Positions 26,848 to 41,385 of a stretch of DNA of 64,000 nucleotides are shown piece by piece. A program made the translations under genes and the position numbers. Source of the stretch: Lama guanicoe (lineage: Eukaryota); contig MU053881.1 of NCBI GenBank assembly GCA_013239625.1, positions 11,398,873 to 11,462,872 on the forward strand. Reading direction: 5' to 3'. The notes beneath the pieces were generated by a model. It made no database searches. It worked only from the letters and a program-made list of their open reading frames with translations, and was not told the DNA's origin. The first letter of the stretch is position 1. The number at the start of each line of letters is the position of its first letter.

Positions 26848-28019
26848 CTTACTTCCTGTTTCACTATTTCTCATGGGTTTCGTTTATTCTTTCTCTTTGA
26901 AGAGAGTCAAATTTTAGTAGTAGCTGTTTAAAGGTATGCATTGACAAGAACCAAATTTTAAAGTGCTTTAGAGTGGAACCCAATAATTACGAATATAACC
27001 TTCCTACTACTTACAACATAATGCATTATTCTGCAGGGACAACATATTCAGTATAGCTGATGAAGTATAAAGTTGAATAGAATCTCTGCATCTTGCATCT
27101 CAAGTATTTAGACATTAACAGTGTTATGCAAAGGCAGATAAAATGAAAAATTACTGCTCTCATATATTTGCTTTTCTGGTCACAAATGTGCAACGATTCT
27201 TCATGCAGAGTTTTGGAAGTATCCCACTGCTGAATGCAGGAAATGATTCAGCACTCCTGTGGTCATGAATAATACATCAGGCAAGTGCCATATACCATAT
27301 TTGCTGGGTTACGTGATTCCTATTGTGCCTTCTAAAACTTAATCTACAGACTTATTCCCATCTATATTTACCGTGTGTTTGTGGGAGGACAACTACTATG
27401 GTAGACATAAAACCTGGAACTAGTTAAATGATACTGCAAAGTGCTCCATAAAGTTTAAGTGCAACGTGGAATGCTTTCTCCATTTCTTTAAGTGTGATGA
27501 CCAACCTTGGGATTCATGGAAACATCAAATCTCTATTTTAAATAGGGATGTTTCTAAAGTCTGGTAATATTAAATGTGTAACTATGGATGGCATATTACG
27601 ATTTTCAAAAATTAATGACTTCTGTTCACTCTCTCTTTTCCTTCTATCTGCCTCTCATTTTTATTTTAATCATTTTATTATTCTTTTAAAATAATAAAGC
27701 ATTCATATTCATTGTAACAAGTTACAAATAAAGTACAAATACTTGACTTTTTTGATTTTACAATAGAAATAACAATTTCAGGCCTAAAAAAGAATCTGAA
27801 ATCTAAAACTTCCAAGTTCTCTAACCTTTGATCAATTACATATGCCAATGAGGATTTAACACCTCCAAAGCTTATTTCTTACTCCTAGAGCCATGAGTCT
27901 AAAAGCTCTTTTTTATGTTTATGTGAAATTAACTAATCTGTACTAATTTATATTGAAACTATGAAAAACAAATATAATATCTTCTGTGTAAACTGAAATA
28001 TTTTCTCAATGCTTATTTT

Positions 28020-28800
28020 AGCACTCTATATTATCTCCTTAGGTAATCTTACACACATTAATATATATATATATATATATATCATACATACATAATAGAT
28101 ATATATTACATATATATCTGTGTATATCTCCTAGAATATTTCTCTCTCCTCTGTGCTCTATTCCCATTCAGCTTCTTAGTTGATGTTCAACAATTAGTTG
28201 TCTTAACAGCACGTCAAACTCCACACATTCAAAATTAAACTTACGATCTCTATGCCCAAATCTGATGAGGGGCTGCACTCAGAACAGCATCATCCTTAAT
28301 ATTTCTTCTTCACTTCACATATCCTATCAACCAGCATGTCTTATTAGGCTCGTCTCCAAAATACTTCTTAAAGCCACTGTTTTCTCTCCAGAAACACCTC
28401 CAACTCTTAGACTACTTTCTATTATCTCTCACTCAAATGAAAGTAATCGTTTTCTAAATGTTCTCTTTGCCTCCATTCTTGATACTCCTTGTTCATCCCT
28501 GAGCAAATTATTTACTTAAATACGTAAATCAGATGAAGCAACATCCTGACCAAATTTTTGCATTGTCTTTCCCTGCTATTTAGAAAAAGTTCAAAAGACT
28601 TAACAGTGGCCTACTGTTTGCTATAAATTCTGGGCTCTGCTCACCATACCCTTGCTTAATCAATTACTCTTCAATGTTAAGACATGTGGGAAAAATCTTT
28701 TGCCCAAGAAAGTCTTTCCACCCTCACTGACCATTGTCCTTTCCCTCATTACATTTGCTCATAACAACACCATGTATCTCAATTTCATAGCATTTAATGT
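28020..28800 (+). mobile_element. L2 fragment containing (TA)n at ~28061-28082
   Basis: cagcacgtcaaactccacacattcaaaattaaact; gtaaatcagatgaagcaac. Confidence 0.7.
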
Positions 28801-29968
28801 TACTATTCTGAAAGAAGGAATAAAATAATACATTAAAATTAACCTTTAAAATACTTGGAGAAAATGCTCATATCTCAAACTAAACTGTAGGTTCTGGTAC
28901 ACATTCATATGTAACATTACTCAGGCAAGTAACAAGAATTCAAAGATTTAAATACATACTCAACCCACAAAAGCACACAGACATTAACAAACTGTTGTGA
29001 CCCCAGGGAGTACAGAAAATTTACACCCTTAGCCTAAGAAATACTAATGTCTGAATGGAGGGAGGGGATACTCATTTTCAAGACTACCATTCTAGTATAG
29101 TTGTGGAAAGAAGAAGGAAAGAACATTACTCTGAATATAGTCAGAGATAAAGTTTATTGTACAATCTTGCTAAATCAAAAATTCTATCAGGCCACCAGAT
29201 CTGCTTCTCCTTAGAGTATGATTGTATGGCAGACAGTGTGATGGAATTGCCTTAGGGGAAATCACAATTCTCCCTAAAGGCATTTTCATGAATACATGTT
29301 TCAGGTGCATAGGAATTAAAAAAATAAAAAGCAAAGAAAAAAAATCACTTTCTAAAATGGGCACTTTCTCAAATGGTCAACAATACTTTTAAAATACAGA
29401 ATAATCTGGGAAACCATCAAAATAATAACCATCTGTTAGAATGGTCTTAGAGGGGTACATTTTCTTACAGTAAAACTTCTGAGCTGACCAAACAAATCTG
29501 AGAATGAGAGTGGCAGATGGCTCCTAGAGACTGTATTTCAAATTATGTTTCTAACCTGTAGTTATGTAAGAATTAACAAGCAGAAAAAAAATAAAGATAA
29601 ACTGGTATTAGCCTCATTTACTTTGACACAATGAAGAATTTAAGTTATTCTTCAACAGTCCTGATATAGGTTTATATTCATTATACAGTTTAAAATAAAC
29701 TGCACATTTCTGCCACTGCATTGTCTTGTTCCTGAGCAGCAACAGAAGATGCCACTGGACCCTGTCACTTCGAGTTATGTAGAGCTCCCACTTGTGGAGG
29801 AGAACTGTGGATGGATGCATGTGGGTTTGTTCAGTGCACTCCTCTGCTTATTTCTATATCAATTCCTACTTGATGTTTTAGAAATTTTATTTATTACAAA
29901 TGCACTGCCTTGGAATCTCTTCTTTCCCTTATACAGTATGAATGACTATAGCAAAAGCACTTTATATC

Positions 29969-30372
29969 TGTTATGGAATAACATCTCCGCAAAATTCCTA
30001 TGTTGAAGCTCTAGCCCCCAGTTGCCTGGGCTAAGTGAGACCATGAGGGTAGGGTCTAGTGGAAGAGAGGCAGGTCTGGGAACAACTAGCACACTTGCAT
30101 TTGTGTTCGTTTCCTCTCTCTTTTTCTTTCTCTTTCTCTCTCTCTCTCCCTCTCCTCTCTCCTCTCTCTAAGCTCAGACACAAAGAAAAGGCCATGTAAA
30201 GACACAGCTAAAAGATGGCCCCCTGAAAGCCAGGCGGTCTCACCAGAAACCCACTCTGCCAGCACCTTGGCCTTGGATTTCTAGGCTCCAGATCTGTGAG
30301 AGAGTAAGTTTCTGCTATTTAAGCCACTCAGACTGCAGTACTTTGTTATGGTAGTCCTGGCTGACTGATACA
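29969..30372 (+). mobile_element. MaLR LTR, MLT1A-like, with internal (CT)n
   Basis: aaaattcctatgttgaagctcta...ctgccagcaccttggccttggatttc...tttaagccactcag...gactgataca. Confidence 0.9.
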
Positions 30373-31057
30373 GGATTTGAGTAGAGGAGCTCAAATTCTT
30401 TTTTTCTTTTTTGGAACGTACCTGTGATAATTTGGACAAACCCACAGTATCTGTGACATGCCTATGAACATGAAGATGTGAAGTTTTTGGTGTATCAAAA
30501 TTATTTGCACCCTGAAAAAGTTTTTGACTCATTTCAATTTCATGTTGAAGTACACTTGATATATTATCAAAATATAATAGCAAATCTGAAACTCTAGAAA
30601 AAGTGTGGCAATATAAAGTTCAACTGAAGTTGTTTACCTTAGACTGTCTTGTCAGTTATTAATTCTGACTTGTTCTCAGCAATGCCACTCAATCCCAACT
30701 TATATAGCTTGGGCAAGATCAGGTTTTGCTAATGATGTTTCTTTAGCAAGAAGAGTAACGTGTCTACCACCTCAGGAATTGGACATGAATGCTACTGAAT
30801 TATTTTTTATTCATAGAAGTAGTCTTCATAAAACCTCAAAACCTTAGAGGATTTTAGAACTAAATAGGGGTACTGAAAAAAAATACTAAAAAGCAGTAAG
30901 AAAAATGGTGCAAATTATATAAATATGCCAATTAAGAAACAAAATTCCATATAACATAGTTTTAAAATAAGTTCTTTTCTAATTTACTAACAAGTAAAAT
31001 GCAAATTAAAATTTGGTATGTCTGGCAGTCTGTTTATGTTTTGTAGATGAGTTCAAT

Positions 31058-31327
31058 TAGTAAACAATCTTATGGTTACCAGTGAAAGGAGACAGCAAGG
31101 GATAAATTTGGGAGTTTGAGATTTGCAAATGTTAACCACTATATATAAAAACTGATTAAAAAAATATCTTCTGTAAAGCACAGGGAACTATATTCAATAT
31201 CTTATTATCATCTTTAATGAAAAAGAATATGAAGACGAATATATGTATATATATGCATGACTGCGACATTGTGCTGTACACCATAAATTGATACATTATA
31301 ACTGAATATACTTCACTTTTCTAAAAA
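31058..31327 (+). mobile_element. Camelid-type L1 3' UTR
   Basis: gggataaatttgggagtttgagatttgcaaatgttaaccactatatataaaa; closely similar to 42160-42410. Confidence 0.88.
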
Positions 31328-31356
31328 TGTGATGATTTCTGCCTATCCAGTTAGAA

Positions 31357-32625
31357 TTTTTTTTAATTAAGACTTTTATTTTTTTAAGAGCAGTGTTAGA
31401 TTCACAGCAAAGTAGAGGAGAAAGTACAGAGATTTCCCATAAACCCCATGGCTCCCTACACACACAGCCTTTCCCATTACTAACATTCCCCAACATAATG
31501 GTACATTTGTTACAGCTGATGAACCTATATTGACACACCATAATCACACAAAGTTCACAGTTCACTTCGCAGTTCACTCTTGGTGTTGTATCCTCTGTGG
31601 GGATGGGCCAATGTCCAATGACACATATCTCCACTATAGCGTCATACAGAGTGGTCTGACTGCCCTAAAAACCCTCTGTGCTCTGCCTATCCATCCCTGA
31701 CTCTCCCCCAACCCCTGACTACCACAGTCTTTTTACTGTCTCTACAGTTTTGCCTTTTCCCAAATGTCACGTTGTTGGAATCATACTAAATATAGCCTTT
31801 TCAGATGGACTTCTTTCACTGAGTAATATGCATTTAAGTTTCCTCCATGCCTTTTTGAGACTTGATAGCTCTGGATTTTTTTGTTGTTTTTGTTGTTTTC
31901 AGTGCTGAATAATATTTTATTGCCACAGTTTATTCATTCATTCACCACTGAGGGACATCCAGGTTGCTTTAAGTTTTGACATTTATCCATAAAGCTGCTA
32001 AACATATCCATGTGCAGGTTTCTGTATTGACATGTCTTCAATACAATTTTTCAATTCCTTTGGGTAAATATCTGGAAGCTTGATTGAAGAATCATATAAG
32101 AATATGATTAGTTTTAATAAAAAATGCCAAACTATCTTCCACAGTGGCTTGTACTATTTTGCAGTCCCACCAAGAATGAACAAAAGTTCCTGTTGCTCCA
32201 CATCCTTGTTAGCATTAGGTACTGTCAATGTTTTGGATTTGGGCCATTCTAATAAGTGTGTAGTGGCACCCCATTTTAAATTTTAATTCCCTGATGAAAT
32301 GATGTGGAACATCTTTTCATATGCTTATTTGCCATCTGTATACTTTTTTTGGTGAGCCGTCTGTTAAGGTCTTTGGTCTGTTTTAAAATCAGGTTGTTTT
32401 GTTCTTACTGTTCAATTTTAAGGGTTTTTTTTTTTAGTATTTTGGATTCTAGTCCCTTATCAGATATGTCTTTTGAAAATATTTTCTTCAAGTCGGTGGC
32501 TTGCTTCTCATTCTCTTGACATTCTCTTTCACAGAACAAAAAGTTTTAATTTTAAAGAAGTCTAGCTTACCAATTATTTCTTTCATGGATTGTACCTTTG
32601 GTGTTGTATCTAAAAAGTCATCACT
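31357..32625 (-). mobile_element. L1MC1-like 3' UTR plus ORF2 C-terminus
   Basis: ggtacatttgttacagctgatgaacctatattgacac; gatgtggaacatcttttcatatgcttatttgccatctgta. Confidence 0.9.
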
Positions 32626-32629
32626 GGTT

Positions 32630-33080
32630 AGCATCTTTTAAATTGTTTTTATATATATGCAAATATATTAAAAATGATCTGATTTGCAAAGATTAATGTA
32701 TACAAATGCATATAATTTTATTTTAAAATAAAAAAATAACATATTCAAATTTTGTGAAGGTTTAAATAAACTATAGCATATTCAAAGACTAAAATATCAA
32801 GTATTCATTAAAATGATTTGAGAATAATATTCTATGAGATAGGAAATTATAATGAAATTTTAATGCAAAATGTCAAAAACATATAAAGTATGAACTCAAT
32901 TCAAATTTTAAAGTTGATATTTATACAAAGGTCATAATAAATTGAAATTTTAAAAATATTTTCTCTAAATAAGGGATTGTAGATGCTTACAGTATAATTT
33001 TCTTTAATGATTCTATTTTAAATTTTTCCAAAATTTTATTATAAAAATACAAAAAGAAATTCACCTTTTTATAAAAGCAA
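32630..33080 (+). mobile_element. L1ME-like 3' fragment
   Basis: taaataaactatagcatattca within very AT-rich decayed sequence. Confidence 0.4.
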
Positions 33081-35269
33081 ATTTAGGCTAATTCAATGAG
33101 ATCAATATAATATTCTCTAGCCTATTACTGGATTTATATATTGAAAATTCTGAACAGTGCTAATGATACTACTGAGATGTGAAATTTACATAATTCCTCA
33201 ATTTTGTCAAGACTATTTACAGAGAGAAGAAAGTTTTTAAATTTTAATTATATTAAATATATGGTCACAGCAGATTCTTGAGCTCCCCAAACTTCTATGC
33301 CTACCCATTCTTTTGTTTGTTTCAAAATACATGAAACAGCTTTAACATATATACCAGAAGCATTAACAAACAGAACATTTTCAGTATGTGCCACTATTGG
33401 GCAAATTTTATTTAGGCTACTGTGTTCAAGGGTAAAGGACCTATTCATTTGTTTACCAGCTCTTGACAGTAGGTGCATAGTGCCTGACATTTTCTAATTT
33501 TTCTCAGTTTAAAAATTCTGTCCTCAACATCAAATGAGATCTTCAAGAAGTAGTTCTTATGGGGTAATAACTATTACGGGCCAGCCCAATCTTAAATCAC
33601 ATCTACATAAAACTACTTGAATTAAAAAGAAAGAATACAACTTACACACATAGATATGCACACATATCCATACATGCATACACACTGCAATTTTCTAGAA
33701 ATCACCTACTTAAGTAAGACTCAGTCATCTTTAACAAACTACATTTTTTTAAGTCCAAATGGTATATTCTTAAGTTTATGGTATATTACATAGTAAAATA
33801 AATTAACCCTTTCTGTTTCATTTATATATTTTATTATCTACAGCTCAATTTTTCCAACAAATGGTTAAAGTAATTTTTAAAAACTGACACTTCTAATTAC
33901 ATATTGCCCAGTTACTTAATATGTAAAGTAAAACGGACTCTGAGGAAAACCAAGAAGAGACCCACTCAACCTCCCTTTAGGAACACTAGATAAATTTCAG
34001 CATTTCCTCACAGTTGAGTCTCCGAGCATCTATTTCCTTTGCTTTTAATTTTAACTACACAGTCAATGTTGCCTTGTCTTCCTTTACATTTGTTGTGAAA
34101 TCTTCTGCCACTTTTCTTTTCCCTTTCTTGTTGAAATTGTCAGAGTCTATATTTTTCCTTCAGTATTTCACTCAGCCTTAATGAAAATTAACTTCACAGT
34201 CAAAATAAAATGAAGTTAATGGAAGAAAAGAAGAAGGTAATAAGTTTATAAGAAAAGTGATGCCATAGCTAGGAAAATCAGTGTCAAAAGCTGTGATCAT
34301 GTTATCACTTGATGATACAGCATCATTAACACGGCTGATGTAAAGTTATCCTGAGTGTAAGTAATTGTGTCTGAGAGAAACACAGGTGTGGAGGGTATAT
34401 GTTGGATTCCACTCAGAGTCTGTGAAGGTCACAAGTTGTCATCACATTTCAGGACCTCATACCAAAATAGCAGCACCTTTGATGATAAAAGATAAGGCTG
34501 GAGCATGAATGGAAAGCCAATTGCCTTCTTTATACTGCAGAAAGCTCACACTGTAAGGCATTCCCATTCTAATAGAAATACACTTCACAGATTTGACAGA
34601 TCAAAAAATAGTTGAAACTCTCATATCTGGCATATGAAGATATTTCATGTTCCAGACTATTCCCCTTCCTCCCTCTCTTTCTCCCCCGTCACTCCCCTTC
34701 CCCGCTTTCTCCTCCTTGACCCAGACCACATTTCCTCGCTAAATCATACCATAAGCAATAGTTTGAACTTTGCCTTATTTCAATACACAACAATCAAATC
34801 AATTAAGTGATTGAGCACCAGTGATTTAACACACTCTATGATAAATAAAATTCAGGATACAACATTTTTAAGACACTATAATAATAATCTGGTGTTCAAA
34901 ACTTAACTTTTCTTGAACCATCCAAAGAAAACAGAACCTAAATATGAAATATAATTACAAGGAAAAATAATTTACATCTTTCACTCCTATTTAATTGGAA
35001 CTTGGAAATCTATAGTCATTCTGGAATAAATTAATTCATAATTATTTAGTATGATGAATTATGATTTAGTAAAAGTAACTAAGGTTTATTAGTGTGTATG
35101 CATTTATTTTTACCGACAGTAAGTTTATTTGTGGCCATCCCAGTCAAGATTTTGAATCTTGGAGTTTCCATTTTCTTATTTAGTAAAGAGAGTCATGTTC
35201 ATTCATTCCTCAAGGCCAAACTATTCCAGGCTCCCTTGTAAAGTTACCCACGTTATTCCAGCTCTATCA

Positions 35270-35777
35270 TGTAGTGGTTAATACACGCTTTTGGTTATTG
35301 ATCATCTTTTTGGGGAAATATTCATTCCCTACTCTCAGTACCTGTGGTTCCCATGAGACTGATTTCATTCATAGGTAAAAGACTGGCACGTGATTCAAGC
35401 CTGGCCAGCAAAAATCTCACACTTCTCTGCCTCAGTGATTGTTTCCAGGATGGGTACATGACCTCATCAGAACCAATTGGACATTCTGCAGCTTTTGCTG
35501 ACATTTCTCAGAGTTTATTCTCTTTTCCTGCAGCACTTGAACTAGTGGCAGCCACTTTGCAAACACAAAGAGGAAGTCTGTCTGAGAATGGAGCTAATAT
35601 GAAAAAGAACCAAGATCTGGAGAGAACAATTGTTTGATCCTCTGAACCAAGTGACTAATAACTTTATATATATTGTTGGAAATTTCAGTCATCAGGGATA
35701 ATGACTTGTCTTCTGTTTAAATCAATTTGAGTTGGATTTTTTTTGTACCTTGCAACCAAAATGTCTCAACTGACACA
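35270..35777 (+). mobile_element. MaLR LTR, MLT1J/K-like
   Basis: cagtgattgtttccaggatgggtacatgacc; tttaaatcaatttgagttgg...ttgcaaccaaa...actgacaca. Confidence 0.8.
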
Positions 35778-35927
35778 TAGCAATGATTTTAAATTTTCTT
35801 TAGAAATTGAAACTTGCATTTTAGAATACATGAGCTTATTTTGGATATATTAAGGAATTTTTTCTCCTCTGATAGGATTTAATTACTACGAGGAAAATTT
35901 TGTCGTATAATTAACTATGTTTTCCAA

Positions 35928-36280
35928 CGTTAAAAGGTAAACTGAGACACATTATAATTTCCAAGACTTTATCTGAACATGGATGATTTGAACTGGGCAG
36001 TGCTAAACCAAGAGTGGTTAAATGGGTTCAAGTGACAGGAGCTAGGGGCAAGGTTTTTATAGAGAAGACACTAATGTAAAGCAAAGATATTACTTGATTA
36101 GTTACAGCTTAAGCAGTTGCCTGGTTTGGGAAAGCCTACGTGGCTGTTTGTGACTGACTGTTCTCAGATTTCATCTTCACTGGCTCTGGCTTTGGGTTTG
36201 GTTTGCTTGCTTACGTAGATTACGAAGGCATTAGAGCCACCGCCCCAGTCTAACAGCCTCCTAGTTTAAATACTTCAACA
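35928..36280 (-). mobile_element. ERV1 solo LTR, MER57/MER51-like
   Basis: ttgattagttacagcttaagcagttgcc; cagcctcctagtttaaatacttcaaca end. Confidence 0.65.
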
Positions 36281-37059
36281 CCAGCACATATTCTTTATAG
36301 CTTTAAGTGCAAATATAATGCACAGACACAAAAACAAGCCTTACTCAATCAAAAGTCTGTTAGAGACAACGTCTCACCGGATGTCTCACCTGAACTGTAA
36401 TAACAGTAATATAAAGAAGGGAGGTTCCCCATATCCAGATAACCTTCTTGTTTAATTATTGCATAGATTTTTAGGAATTAATTTTATCATAGTAGCAACT
36501 GACTAAGAATGACAGAATTCTGTAACAGGAGATTTTAATTCATTGTATAGATTACTTAAGCATAATTATATATAAAATCATGATAAAGAGTGGGTTTCTG
36601 ATATAACTTCCCAATACCTCAAGCACTGGAAATCCTTAGGCAGGATTGCTTCTGGTGCGACCTATCAGGACCACAGATTCTCTCTATATCACTTATTTTA
36701 TGCTCTTTTGTTACTGGGAGTATTATAATCATTATTACTGTCAGTCTAAGTTGCAATGTCACTTCTGTGTATTTGGTAAAAATTTTTAATTGCCTAAGTA
36801 TCTGTCTGCATCTATAATTTCTCAAAGTTGACTCTTTAGATATAGTCTTTATTGTTGATTTTTTACATTTTTCTAATGCTTTCTAATAAATTTCTACCTC
36901 AGTTATAATCACCTAGGAATTTTTTTCCTAATGGCATGGCTGTGAATGTGCTACAAGGCACTATCTCTTCATCCCCAAACCCCATCTTGGCTCTCTGATT
37001 GCATGGCGAAAGTTTTTATAACTCTTGCTTCAGTTACTTCAGTGATATGAATACATGTA

Positions 37060-37290
37060 AGCCACAGTATGTACTGGGAAAACCCTTTCCACTTGGATAA
37101 ATGCAAATCCTACTTCAAGTCAAAAAAAAAAAAAAAAAACCAGATATCAAGTTATTTTCTATTAATTACATTATGCATTTTCCTTGGCCGAAAGTTACAA
37201 ATGTTTTGTTTTCATTTAAATACCTCAAGATCTGTGTCCACCAGAGCCTCACACTTAATGGTGCACTCAGTGATTATATATTGACTGATT
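37060..37290 (+). mobile_element. L2 3' end
   Basis: aaatcctacttcaagtcaa...agagcctcacac...gtgcactcagtg. Confidence 0.5.
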
Positions 37291-39049
37291 AAAAAAAAAA
37301 TGCTGATTGATCAAGGGAATGGACACCATTCAATTTCCCCTCTCACATTTATAAGAAAAACTGAGGCATTCAACCTAAGTCCCATTATAGGAAGTGTGCT
37401 AAATTTAGATCTATTAGCTGAAATAAGAATTTCTAGTCTGATGATCAGTAATTCAATAAATTGCTAAATTCAATTGAATGCATGTGTCAACACCTAATTA
37501 AGAAGGTCATCAACTCAACAAGAATTAAGCATTAAGCATCTTCATTGTATTATTAACAACCTCTCAAATAGCTGCTCTTCAGTCTTCAGGTTCTGTACTG
37601 AATCTATTCTTTGGATACAGTTCCTAATCCAAGATTAATTTATTCAAATGTTACCTTTGTGTAAAACCTATTGACTTCAAGCAGGCTTTAATGGGACTAT
37701 TGGAACTCTGCAATGTCAAAGTGTAACAGTACTGGATTTTAATATAAGCATATTTATATTAGTACACGTAAAACTTATCTTCTTCATTTGTATTCTGATT
37801 TACTAAATAATTTAATGAAACAATTTTCTCCTAAAATCAATTTGCCACAAAGCCTTATTGTACACCCTGTTATATACTGCACAACAGATAAAGTAATAAG
37901 AATTGTAACTTATGCAGATTATTTCTTTAGAGAAATTTGCAACACTTATAAATATGTGAAAAATATCTAACATTTACAATGGGATATAATAGTAATTTTA
38001 TTCAGTCAGCTCTAATGCTATAATGGGAAGAATGGAAATCTTTATGAGGGCTGAGAGAATGCTTCATAAAGGCAGACTTTGAAATTTTAGATTGGTAAAT
38101 AGCATTTTGTAAGGGAAGCGGAATGAGAGCAAATAAAAAATGACCCTAAGGATGAAGGTATCTGTACTGTATCATCACAGAACAGTCAGGAAACTAACCT
38201 TAGCATAGAAGTGAGGTGGATGATACAGAAAATTAAAATTCAGATGGATTTTTAAAAATATTTTATTCATACAAATAAAAGCTGTATCAGATGTGTAGCA
38301 TATATGTGGAAATTTCTTTAGAAACTCTAAAATGTAATCTAGTTATCAGCTGTTACTGTCATCACTCCGCTTCTGTAACTTGAAAGTCAAAATAACAATG
38401 CATGATTAAGTAGCAAGAATTTAGAGAGAAAATAATCAAAAAAGTTTGAACTTTAGATAAGAACCATAGTTAAATAAGAAGAGAACCCAACGTAGGCAAA
38501 AAAGGAGCAGTTCAAGAGACAGGAAAAGCACTAGTTTGCAAGAGTTTCATGAAAACGAAGGGGAAACAAGTGTGTTTCTTCCCCTGGTTTTTCCTTCCGT
38601 GAGAACGTACGTGTAGGGTTTTATTACCACTGATATTTTTCTTTCACAGTTCTTAATAGACAAGCTAACCTATAATTACCAAAGAATGAATAGAGGAGTT
38701 CTTCGGATAGCAGGACACTGGAAACACATTTACACTTAACAGGGGGTGATCAGTTGGTAGAATGTGTTACAACAGCTGCAAATCCCCACACAACAAATAT
38801 CAATTCTCTCATTCAGGGTTTGTTTCTCATCACTGGCTGAAAAATACAGTCAATTCATTAAACCCTCCTTCAAGTTTTTAAATTGCTTCAGGGGAGTTAT
38901 CAGGTGTGTTTGCATAATGCCATCTACCGTGGATTAGTAGACACAGAATTATGTGGGCAAGTATAGCGGAAGGAATTGAAGTCCTTTGGAAATGCTTACT
39001 ATCAAACAGCAGTCTCTTAACATTAAAAAACTGGATTTTGGATTCAGAA

Positions 39050-39510
39050 CTACATTAGAGAAACTTTTCTGGGTTTATTACATGCCCAAAAACTGGGCCG
39101 ACACAGCACATACACACACTCCAAAAAGACCAAAAAAAAAAAAAACACACACAAATTTTCTCTCATCAGGCTTACCATTTACTCAGAAAAATAAGCAAGA
39201 AACAATAAAGAAAAACAGTAATATAACCCAGTAAGCGGTAAAACATTCTGAAAAGAGGGGAAAGAGACTATTTTGAAGGTGAGAAAAAGGTTAAGTTGAT
39301 AACTGAGTTTGATGTTAAACAAGAGTTGTTTTCATTTGTTTATTTTTTGTTTTGTTTATTTTTTTCTTGATGAAAAGGAGTATATAATTGGCACAGGGAG
39401 CAAGTACTCATGTGTGGCAAGGTGAAACCACTCGATGTTTTAGGAACACCAAGTTATTCCATAAGGATGGAGTTTAGACACCAAGAAATGTGATTGTTGG
39501 TAAGGCTGTT
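39050..39510 (-). mobile_element. L2 fragment
   Basis: gggtttattacatgccca; ggcacagggagcaagtac. Confidence 0.55.
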
Positions 39511-39527
39511 CTACTTGAAATGGTCAC

Positions 39528-39974
39528 TGTATTAGTCAGGTTCTCCAGAAAGATTTACTACAGGAATCAGATCCATGCAGTTATGGGGACCTGGAACTAC
39601 TATAGTCTGCCTTTTGCAAAGTAAGAACCAGGAAAGCCAGAGGTATAATTCAGTCCATATCTAAAGTCTAGAGAACCAATAGGTCTGATGTTGAAAGCAG
39701 GAAAAGATGGGCACCTCAGGTCAAGAGAAAGGGTGAATTCACCCTTCCATCACCTTTTTGTTCCATTCAGGCCCTAAACAGATGGGATGACACCTACCTG
39801 CACGGGTAAGGATGGACTTTACTCAGTCTACTGAATCAAATGTTGATCTTGTCCAGAAACACTCTTGCAGACACAGCCAGAAATAATGTTTTATCAGCTT
39901 TAATAGATAGCTTTACCAGCTATCTGGACACCCCCTGGTCCAGTGAAGTTAACATTTAAAATTAACCATCATCA
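39528..39974 (-). mobile_element. ERVL LTR, MLT2B-like
   Basis: tgtattagtcaggttctccagaa...ctttactcagtctactgaatcaaatgtt...aaaattaaccatca. Confidence 0.9.
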
Positions 39975-40009
39975 CCATTAGCCCCCAAACTTTTCACAAA
40001 ACTACAGAT

Positions 40010-40290
40010 ACCTTGTCATTTAGGTTCTGGTTTAGATATTATAATTGCATTAAAATCTTCCCTGACACTCCAAAGCAAAATCATATCTGCTCCTCAGTGC
40101 TATCACACCACCTTATTTTACTTTCACTGTATTTTTTTTTCACCCTGTGTTTCTTTCATCATAAAATTTATGACTTCCTTATGGTTTTCAGTCATTTACA
40201 TATTTATTTATCATATGTATATTACCACTAAGAATGTAAGTTCCATAAGAGCAGGGCCATTATCTCTGTACTTACTGGAATAGGCTGAGG
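40010..40290 (+). mobile_element. L2 3' end
   Basis: actaagaatgtaagttccataagagcagggcc. Confidence 0.7.
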
Positions 40291-40839
40291 GACTAACCTA
40301 GAGATGTTATATGTAAATGAAGGCAACAGATGAGCACACGAAATTTCAAGCATCATCTAGGAGAGAGACTATTTTAAAAATAAGCAAGCGAACAGATCTA
40401 AATCAGTACCAAAAGCTTAAGGAATGAAAAATAATAATTCCCCAAAGATCACAGTCTCATTTGGTAGCTATTAATATTCTATTAAAACATTATATCTACG
40501 TTATTTACCAAAAAAGTAATACTAATGCATTTATTTTCAGGATTAATCAAAAAGATAAAGTTTGAGGAAAATAAATATTGTTACAGTGAAAGTAAAAAAG
40601 ATTTGATGCTAAAAGCTTAAACTGAAAATCCTCAACTGCGTTTCAAGGAAACTAGATACTTACCAATTTCTTAATGGATCAAAGAACTTTTCTCCTACAA
40701 CCCTCAATACCCAGTAATAAGAAAGCATATAATTATCAATATTAGACTAACAGAAAACTAGCTATTCCATTAGTATCTACCTTTACAATTCTATAATTTT
40801 CTTTCAGGATTCACACTAGAGAGACATTTATCCTCTAAT

Positions 40840-41380
40840 GCACAATGTTTTAAACATGTCTGCAAACTCTTTGATATTACTTCCATCAGGAAATAGAGTC
40901 TATGTTCCCTCCTTCTCTTGAATTGGGTGGGCTTATAATTTGCCTGCAGCTAACAGAATGGGATGGAAGTGACACCATATGAATTCGAGGTGAGGTTATA
41001 AAAAACAACGCAGCTTCTGTCTCACTGGAACACTCACTTGCAGAACTCTGAATTGCAATGTAAGGATCTAACCATTCTGAGGAAGTCATGCTGTGAGGAA
41101 GCCCAAGACACATGTAGACACCACACGTAGATATACCATTCCAGAGTCCAAGTTAAGGTCCAAGATGACAGCTAAAATGAACCACCAGATTTGTGAAGAT
41201 GCCTCCTGGTGACAGTCACTCACCCTCAAATGTTAAGTCTCTACAACTGAAGCCCCAGATGTTACTAAACAGAGAAAATCTATGTCTGCTGTGACCTTCC
41301 TAAATTTTTAACCCACAGAATCAGTGATTGTAACAAAGTTGTTGTTTTAAGCCAATGAGTAATGAAGTAATTGTTATTCA
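40840..41380 (+). mobile_element. MaLR LTR, MLT1F/G/H-like, 3' end interrupted by a Tigger1 derivative
   Basis: gagtctatgttccctcc; catgctgtgaggaagcccaag; gttgttgttttaagcca. Confidence 0.85.
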
Positions 41381-41385
41381 CTTGG

